Origin: Sphagnum compactum
Taxonomy: Eukaryota
Direction: 5' to 3'
Assembly (NCBI GenBank): GCA_965153455.1
Contig: OZ234494.1
Coordinates: 1-64,000, forward strand
Length of the DNA: 64,000 bases
In this document: piece by piece, positions 55,193 through 64,000 of the stretch
How positions within the stretch are numbered: position 1 is the first letter of the stretch
Layout: the number at the start of each line of letters is the position of its first letter
Made by a program: the position numbers and the translations under genes
The notes under the pieces: generated by a model
Databases searched by the model: none
Seen by the model: the letters and a program-made list of their open reading frames with translations, nothing else
Told to the model about the DNA's origin: nothing

Positions 55193-57085
55193 TTAGATTT
55201 GTGGTGTCTCTAGGGACATGCCGGTTCTGGCCTGCCAAAGCAAAAATGACCTTTATTGTCAGATATACCACTTATTTTGACCAGACAGAACAGGACTGCT
55301 GCTTTAGCAGTGATAAACCACTAGGGGAGGATACATAAATTTTGGTCAAGAATGCAGCACAGTCATGAAGCTCACAAGCCAATCTTCACTGTCTGACTTG
55401 AAACTGTTAAAACACAATGCTGAGATTTGTGAAAAAACCATCAGTACTATGCTGATTGGGTCCTCTCTCTTTGTTCTTACTTTCACCCTTTGCTGGGTGC
55501 TTTGTTTATGAAGTTTACCAGGGTTTCACCATTAGTACAACTTACTAAACTTGGCACAGGACAGTGGGTGGAAAGATGGAAATATACCTGAAATACAATT
55601 TGCATAGATAGTGACAACTCGTAGCTGAGTGCTACTTAAGCTCCCAGGATATGGAACAAAAGCGTTTCCCAGCACGATGTAGATCTCAACCAGACAAAAG
55701 ACCACCATCTGCCCAACAATTCAGGCACAGTGTATTAGTAAGCAACTGTACGCTCTACATTTGGAATGTAGTCATCATATTCTATTTGCAGTCGATTGCC
55801 ATGAGAGCATGAGAAGATTTATCTAACTGATTTATCTAACCAGTTCTACAGAACTAACACAATAAGACTTCCACTATTGAGCAATAATAGTAATCAAGAA
55901 AGGAAAAAGAAAACTATATGTGTACCTTTCGGACCTCTGCATTTTGGTTGTCAAATGCAGCAAACAACACTACCAAAAAGGAAGGCAATTTTGCCATGAG
56001 CTCGTCTGAAGGAAGCCTGCCAACAAGCTGTTTCAATGCAAGCATTTTCAAACATCAAAACTGTTTTCCCAGAAAAAATAACACTGAAGCGAATCTACTT
56101 GTATACAAAAATGAGATATTATGCAGACTGGTGTGTTGAGATGCCCAACAAATGTCTGTTGCAAAGTGCTTTCAATCATTGTAATTGAGAATCTGAGCTG
56201 ACAAAACTTTGACACATATGGGGTAACATGGAGAAGTGGACGTACTTTTGTCAAGCAGCTGATACAAGCCACAAGGGCCTTTTCATCTTCAGAGACCAAC
56301 AATGGCGCCACAACCTGGTATGCAACACTGAGGTATATTGAGAACCCAGAGTATTCAACTGTTAAGCAGGTGGTAATGTAGCCACCTTGCAAGAGGTTTA
56401 TGAGCTCAGATTGCACACACTAGGAGCAGCTTACACTTTAAGGGGATCAAATGTACAGCAAAAGCACCTAGACCTAAAAGCTTCCTACTCCTTGCAGGAA
56501 AAAATATACAGCAATGATGCATGTGAAGGATCACTATGCATGTCTGCAGTAAAATGGTTAAACCCAAAACAAATCTTCTCCTCTGATTTATTACCCAGAC
56601 ATTAATGTTTTCCTAAGGTCTGACCAAAGGAAAATTAATAACAGAAGATGTGCAAGTAGTACATACAGTCAGACTGCGCTATGTGTCAAGCTGCATCAAC
56701 ACTGTGTTCAAGCAGCAGTTGGCAGCAACAACCACCTGCAGTGGTCTCTCAGGGTTAACATGTCTGAAGAATTGTTTTGCTCCATAGTCCAGAATAGACT
56801 TGCTTAGCCAGTTCAACATTTGAACCCATTATGTGTGAAATCTGTTGGCAAGTTCTGCATTCTAATGACACTAGTCAATTACTGGCCAAATCAATGAAAC
56901 AATGGTCTAGACCCAACCACACGTAACCATTGCAAGCAAATAATCTACTTTGAAGAGGATCAGGAAGGACATCCTTCACAGCCTTCTCACATGCAAGTTG
57001 GACTTCATATCTTGGAGTCAGAAACTCTCACTAAATGGAGAAGCTTCTTTAGCAGCAATTCTGTGCCGTCCTCACAACTAGCTCT
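55193..57085 (-). pseudogene. CLASP: CLIP-associated protein CLASP, C-terminal exons only
   Basis: Exons EDGTELLLKKLLH, VAPLLVSEDEKALVACISCLTK, LVGRLPSDELMAKLPSFL...NQNAEVRK, VVFCLVEIYIVLGNAFVPY...STQLRVVTIYANCIS, ARTG...* match the plant CLASP C-terminal domain. The donor after DSK appears mutated (AAG|ATATGA). Confidence 0.9.
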
Positions 57086-57581
57086 CTGTAAAATCACAAA
57101 CAGTAAAGTAATGTTCCATCAACATAGTATTCAATATTGCTCAGAGAAAATATGTCCAGGAGTTACAGATCTGGGTACACAAATAGAGATACATCCATGT
57201 GAAACCACATGACAAGCAGATCCTTTTCCTGTTCCTTACATTGCATTGCGGAGTGCAAATTAATAGTGTTATACATTGAAAGGTCAGAAAAAAACGTGTA
57301 TATTCACAGGACTTCTGGGTTTGATGCAAATGCCCAAGAAAAGAAAATGTAATTAACCACCTTAATGCATTGTCTCAGGAAAATGGTACTTAGACACTAT
57401 ATCCCTATTGCAAAGGCCCTGGTAATGCATTGAATAATTATGCCATTGACCCACACACAGAGATCAATTATTCATTACTCAAACTAACACACTTAAAATC
57501 ATGTCAATGAGTAACAACATAGGAAAACAAACATAGTGAGATCCGAGAGAAGATGGTGCAAGTATCAGAGAAAGAGCCTAC

Positions 57582-59541
57582 CAGTTGCATCTTTGATGCA
57601 CTGGAAATCTAAGTATTCAAAGACATCACCATTGGCAATAACAGGGATGGACAAAGCTGACACCACCTCTGCCACACCATCCCACTGTGTCCGACCCCTT
57701 GGCCTATCTGCTACCTTTCTGAAACCAAAACATAATATGTCAATTTCTCTGCTTAAAAGCTGTGGACCAATAATTATCACTACAGAACATTAACCATTGA
57801 CCAAATAGTCTTCAACTGAAACCCCTTGAACTTGCAAAGACTCAAGTTGGTATCCATTATTATACACCATGTAAGGATTTGGTGGACATTAAACAGCTAT
57901 AGGTTTGGGAAAATTTCCTATACCTGCCATGGACAGCTATTGCAGCAACTCCAGTTTTCTCAATCCCTCCAGCAAGCTCCACAGTATCATGATGAGTCTT
58001 CAACACACAGATCTTGCACGTCACAGGAATGTTCAAGCTCCTCTCCAATGTTGTCAAAACCTGTAGATGCAAGAGCTTGAGATAAGCAACAAAGCATAGG
58101 AAGCTTTAAAATAATATCTTCACAACCTCATTCATCTTATAGTTGTTCAAGGGTGATCCTGGCTCATGACAAAGTGAAGAACTTCCTTGTATGAGGAATG
58201 GACCAACAGAAAGGGCAACCATGATGTTGCACAGAAACATCTTTGAGGAAACATACGATTCAAGCAGGTGATGCCAACAGGCAGTCCTGAGCCTTACTTG
58301 GAACACAAGAATGCATTGAAACCCTTGCTGCGTAAGTTGACATAAGGAGATATATCATAAGTCTCGTTGGACTGGAAAAAATGGGAGCTATTCAAAGGAG
58401 AAAAGCATTACATCATGAATGAGATTAGGCTTGAACAAAAGTGCAGCACCTATTTCGCCACTGATGGAGAATGACTCCTGATATCACCACTCCTGATATC
58501 AAAGCAACACTCAATACTCAGCCACCTTCGTTGGTTTGTCATAGTTACAAGAAGCCATCCAGAAGTAGGAAAAAATGAAATGCAGCAACAAAGCGCTTGA
58601 TGTTCTCTGCAAATATGCAAAAAGGTATGAGTGACAAACATACACAAGATTAGCAGCTTGTACAGCCTGCACAGCATCAGAAGTCCCAATTTGGAAAACC
58701 ACAGTACTCTTCTCTTCGTCCCATGTCTAGAAAACAAGAGTGTCAGTGTCCTTCTCCACGAAGTCCACAGTTCCTAACATTTCTGCAACCACCATCACAA
58801 GGCAGAATGCAAAACACTAAAGAGTGAGGAGATCAGGAAAAACAGACCTCCAGATTTTAGCCATTAGCCTATACCCTCCCAAACCTAGAAAACCTTAAAG
58901 CCTTGAAAATTTGGAAGAGCAACCCCAACACGGGAGACCCGGATTCCTCAAACGAAGGAAGGTTACAATGAAATCTCTACAACCACCCAGAGTTTAATTT
59001 GAAGGTAGCGTGACAACCATCAAATAGTAAAGTGTGTCCACGAACAATGAACAGCCATGATTTCAAACATGTTTGAAAAAGAAAGTTTTGTAGAATTTTT
59101 TATTGTCAAGAGCTACATCCAGGAGAAAAGATGTCAGAAGTTTAAAGCATTACTATTGATCTTGCGTGTGCATCTGAGCAGTCTGTGGTCGACTATCTCC
59201 TCTCCATAGGTAATGTCAGCGCCATACCCAGCAGCTAGCATTCGAAATGGCAACGTCCCCTACATCGCATACAGATACATAGTCGTTCAAAACAAGGCCT
59301 AGATTGATCCAACCCTCAGAGTTCCTATTTTCTAAACGGAGATTCTTAGAGGAGATCATGCTGATCACTTTTCACAACACTAAGTTCGATGATGATCCAC
59401 AGACAGACGATCCGCAGAAACAAGCAAATTCAATAGCACACGATTTCGTCAGCAGAAAAAGGAGGAGGAGGAGGAAGAAGACGGACATACCCCACAGACC
59501 ATTGACGCAAGGATATGCTTCCTTCGATACTGGAGCTCCAT
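57582..59541 (-). pseudogene. DUS2: tRNA-dihydrouridine synthase (DUS2-like), 5' exons, inactivated
   Basis: MELQYRRKHILASMVC / GTLPFRMLAAGYGADITYGEEIVDH / VF*TWDEEKSTVVFQIGTSDAV / GAALLFKPNLIHD / IPVTCKICVL...VAAIAVHGR / LSIPVIANGDVF. Internal TAG; the catalytic INMGCP segment is missing. Confidence 0.9.
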
Positions 59542-60086
59542 GTGTAAAGGAGCAATCTGGTGTTACAACAGCAGCAGCATTTGAACGAAATCTCGCAAAC
59601 CGAACAACCGGATGCACGTCGCGGAAAAAGAAGGACACGGGCTCCCGCAAGACTCCTAACCCTAGTACTTATGTGAAGAAGAAGATTAGAGCACTACTAC
59701 CGGTGTGGAAACCCGAGGGGATTTCGATCTCATCATTAGAAGAGACAATCCGCGTCATCCTCAGATCGTGCACCAAAGGATTGTATGAATTGTAGCGCGG
59801 ATGATGAGCTCCGTGACAGCATTTTTACATTTCATCTTCCTCACACGGGACTTCCGACAACGATTCGGGCGCAACGATTCATGTCTCCTACAAATTTCGA
59901 CTGGGAATGTGCTAGAACGACACATTTCGTGTTGGAATGTGTAAAACCGAGAAATTTTGGGTTTTAGAATGAGAGGATGAAAAACTATGCCGCTATATCT
60001 GTTCTACCTAAAACCAGCTCCGGTGAAAAATCATCGTCACTGGAATTTAAGCGTTCCATGGTATTCATGAAATCTGATTCATGCAT

Positions 60087-63000
60087 TTAGGATGGTGAAT
60101 GAGGATATCTAACCAACTCTTTTTTTTGTTCCCCTTGAGACAAATGTTCTTCACAAAGCCATGCCATTTCTCCTGTTCTTTGGCCTAGATTGTCCACGTA
60201 CAACACCCTCTCCAAACCAAAGTCTTTGAGAATGACTTTAGTCCTTAAGAAGTCCACCAACCATTGTTCTGCAGCCTCCTTTTCAACAGACTCGACCCCA
60301 ACTTGAAGTTGATCTTGTGTAATAGAGGCCCAATCTTGCACACTTCCATTGAAAGTGGTGCCAATGACATTTAAACCCACCTCAGCAGGGTTAGGAATGA
60401 TGTTACCTAACCCCATGGTTATCTGCAACCCTGCTTTAATGAAAGGAACAACCCATTTTAGTCCTTCCAAAATTATAGCATGAAATTTTTGCCATTGTGG
60501 ATCTTCAATGATCACCTCGCAACCTTCTTTCCCCTCCACTTTGTGGGCACCCATCCTATTTTCACATAGCAGGTGGAGCTGGACAATTTTCATCCCTTGC
60601 ACAAAGTTCGCTACGAAGCGTTGTTTGATACCTTTTGTAGTAAATAAGTAAAAGCGTGGCACTCTTTGCATTGAAGATTTGACAAGTATGTCGACATCCT
60701 TGCGCATAGCCTTGACATCCTTGCGAAGGTCTTGAACAACCTCTTGAATAGCCTCTGGTGATGAAGTTGATGCAAATGTTGTTTGGTGATAACCAAATTT
60801 TGATTTCGTGGTGACCAAGTTTTGATTCAGTTCAAGGCTCTTGAACTCCGGAGGTAGCCTTTGCCACACATCATCTCTCTCTTTGCTTCCCATCATATCT
60901 ATAGCAATTTCACAACCTACAGGTAGCTTCTCATTTTCAACATTCACTTCACGCCAAGTATGTTCCCAAGATAGCCACTTAGACCCATTTGTAAGAATCC
61001 TTTTCTTCAAATCCTCAACAAGGATTGTTTGATGCAGTCGACTTTTGAAAGATAATCGATGTTCCACACATTCTTTGCGCACAATACCCTCCAACAATAT
61101 GATTCCTTGGCAACCATCAAATTTACTTTGAAGGGTTTGAATGTGTTTGATGATGTGTTCATGGACAATATCCAAAGCTTCATCATAGCTTTTGCCATTT
61201 GAACGTACTAATACATCAATGTGAGAACTCACATCATTGTCGAACTCCACCACAATTTCAATACCATCATATAATATGAAAATGGCATTTCTTTTGAAGG
61301 TGTAATCAGCTATCATGCGATTATCAGGCCCCAAAAAATTATTGTGCAAGGATACCTATACATATAGTAAAAGAATATATTAGCAAGACATTCAACCATA
61401 AATTGAGACCAACAAATCATATGTTTAAATTATTTTACCCTAATTTCTTTCAAATTTCAGAATTTATTACTTTTCTAACATAATCACAAAACTTCAAAGG
61501 TTTTTGAAACTTTGAAAAAAAAGTAATGTGCAAACTTTGCCATATTAAATGTGATGTAATGGCTCTTCACCCTAAAGCAATTGCTATATTTCCTAATTTA
61601 AAAGATGGAAATTTTTCAACTATTAAAATATTTAAGAATACATTTTCATTTTTTCACCAAGATGTATCCTTTAAATGGTCACAATTTTTTTACAGTTCAT
61701 TTTGCAAACGATCATTTGATATTGTACCTAGGTTGCTTATTGTAAATAAGACATGGGTTATTTGGTTATTGGTGAAATAGCCCATAACCCCATACATAAT
61801 CGCCATAAGTTTAAACAAAATGTGTAATTAACTTGAAGTTATGTATTTTCGATCATATTGTTAATTTATGGCACATTCAAACAATATTTTGTCAAGAATG
61901 AATCTTTGAAGTTTATTAAGCAACAAAACTTATAGCCAAGTTTACATATGTACCACACACCTGTAATCGACAAAAAAAGCCAAGAGGTATGAAAGTGCAA
62001 GCTTGGTCATCACATTGAAGCCTTCGTCCAAAATAGATAGGTTTAGTTGAATTGATTTGTCGCCATTCCCATGGACCCACGCCACTGTGACTAGCCAAGG
62101 TTGTGGGGATGAATAAACCATCTTCCACGAGCTCACATGTTCCCTCAAAACACAACTCCAACCTCAACATGAGTTGCATCAATTGTTTTGTTTGGACATT
62201 CTGCAACTTCCTTCCACCAGAATACTTCATCGAAGCATCCAAGAACTGTTGAAGACATTCTTTTGTTGTGAACCCATGTTCATTTGTGAGTGAGTATCTA
62301 TCATGGTTGGTCACATGCACTTGGTCATGACTAAGCTTGATCAAGTGCCCCATGACTTGGTGGCAAAACCAATCCACATCCACCACAACGAAATCCAAAT
62401 CTTCAAAAAAAATTATATCACCTGAAGTGTGTAAGCATTTTGCCACAGCTTTGATCCTATCTTCATTCAATTTGATCAATGCATCTTCAGCCAATTTGAT
62501 CACACTTTGATCTACCTTCACAAGCTTTGGTAACATTGTTTTTTGACAAAGCTTTGAAAATGTGTCTTGATCCATCAAAGGGTTATTGTGCGGTTTTGAC
62601 ACCCAAGTTTTCAAAGCAAACCTCATGTCGATGCATACTTCATACACAGGTGGCAATGTGTTGAGTAGGTCTTGAACATTTTCTTGAATCCTCTTTACTA
62701 CTAAGCGAGCTGATTGAGAGGAATGACAATCTATAATGATTGGTTCTGATGCCACATCCACCACTTTGACAAATTTTCTTTTCAAGTCTCTGACAACTGT
62801 TGGCGCATGAGCATTAACATGAATCATGTCTGAATGTGTGAAAACCATAATTGCTTTTGGCTTAAAAATGATTGATTGCCTATTTTTGGAAGCAATAAAT
62901 CGAAGCCAATAATCCAATTCATCTTGGATGTCCTGAATTTCCTTTTTGGGATTACCTTGCACATGCTTCAATGGGCTACAAACCAAAAGGAATAGAGACG

Positions 63001-64000
63001 GGTAACTTGTGCCATCTAGATTGGGCAACATGAAATCATGAAATGCATGAAATTCTTCTTGACCCGCCATATCCCATATGGACAAATTCACTCCTTCCGT
63101 TCCTTTCAACTCACGTATTTCAATTCCATGTGTGCGTTGTGTTTGTCGGAGCCCATCCTTTAGTTTCGACAAAAAGTCCATGATTGGGGTGAAAAAGATT
63201 TTGCTAAATGTGCTCCCATGGGCAAGGCAACGAACCAAGCCTTTCCTCAAAGTTGTTTTTCCTACAAGGTTGATGATCACACACATGCACAACAAACAAA
63301 AGAATGTGAAGCAATTTGCCTTCATATTTGAAATTTGTATAAAGTATGTACATTTCATTTTATGATAATTTTCATAATTTTTATCACAAAAACATAAATT
63401 ATAATGTATAACCAAACCCCACGAATGACCAATTCAATTGATGTGAACTACAATGTGTGAGTCTATATCCAAAACATGGATTAGCAAAATGATAGTCGTT
63501 CACAAATATGCCATAGGTTTTGTGCAGTAGACCTTCAACTTTCATTAGCTTCTTGCATTTGATCTTCAAATCATTTTGTTGACCCATAAACCACACATGC
63601 ACACAATTAGTTAACGTTAATCTTTGGCTATTATAAAATTCAATTAAGCTTGCCCCAAAAATTGTTATGAAATTGAATCATGACTAATAAAAATAAAATT
63701 CATAAACAATGTTGAAGTGATGGTTTGGTGTACAACAAGAGTTTTACCTGCATATGGATAGCCACAGAGAAATACTCGAGCAGATGTTGCCTTGGCCACA
63801 GTTAGTTCCTTAAGTAGGGACATATACACTGCATTCTTCTTCAACTCTTGCCACACAACTGGGGCCTTGCCCATTCGATGCAATGCAGTGTACTCCAAAC
63901 ATAACTTTTTCAAGGTTTTGTTGACCACCAACATATCCATAATGACAGGAAACACGCTATCCCTTACACCCTCACAATTACTGAGGTTTAGGACTTGAAG
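60087..64000 (-). CDS. TORNADO1-like LRR-ROC-COR (ROCO) protein, copy B; 5' end beyond window; exons >64000-63748, 63261-61961, 61355-60087
   Basis: Open frames joined by in-phase GT-AG introns: last LRR, P-loop GYPYA|GKTTL, RTHGIEI, WDMAGQEEFH, ELDYWLRFI, COR motifs (LHTSGDIIFF, DWFCHQVMG, LMLRLELCF, YFGRRLQC, PLGFFCRLQV), short coiled coil, LHLLCE...H, terminal WLCEEH. No lesion seen. Confidence 0.9.

Overview
Eukaryotic (land plant, probably a moss such as Sphagnum; inferred from gene and repeat content, not verified) chromosome end. A ~1.8 kb Arabidopsis-type telomere (CCCTAAA)n abuts a decayed CRE-like non-LTR retrotransposon. The following subtelomere is a mosaic of retroelement relics (Penelope-like, Ty3/gypsy gag-protease, LTR-like repeats), a purine-rich ~30-bp satellite, and a run of intron-containing but broken housekeeping genes: a PLS-DYW PPR editing factor with one in-frame stop, a GP210 last exon, an IDN2/FDM-like gene lacking its XS domain, an RRP45 5' part, a MAK-like kinase, a PDS 3' half, a CLASP 3' part and a DUS2 5' part. 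Several of these are joined at apparent deletion breakpoints and share a CpG-deamination (Arg-loss) signature. Two paralogous TORNADO1-like LRR-ROC-COR (ROCO) genes are present: one broken (31350-34029) and one apparently intact and running off the window end (60087->64000). Their shared intron is near-identical while coding patches diverge, and the LRRs form modular super-repeats, suggesting a diversifying, possibly immune-receptor-like ROCO family. All homology calls come from recognising motifs by eye; no searches were run.
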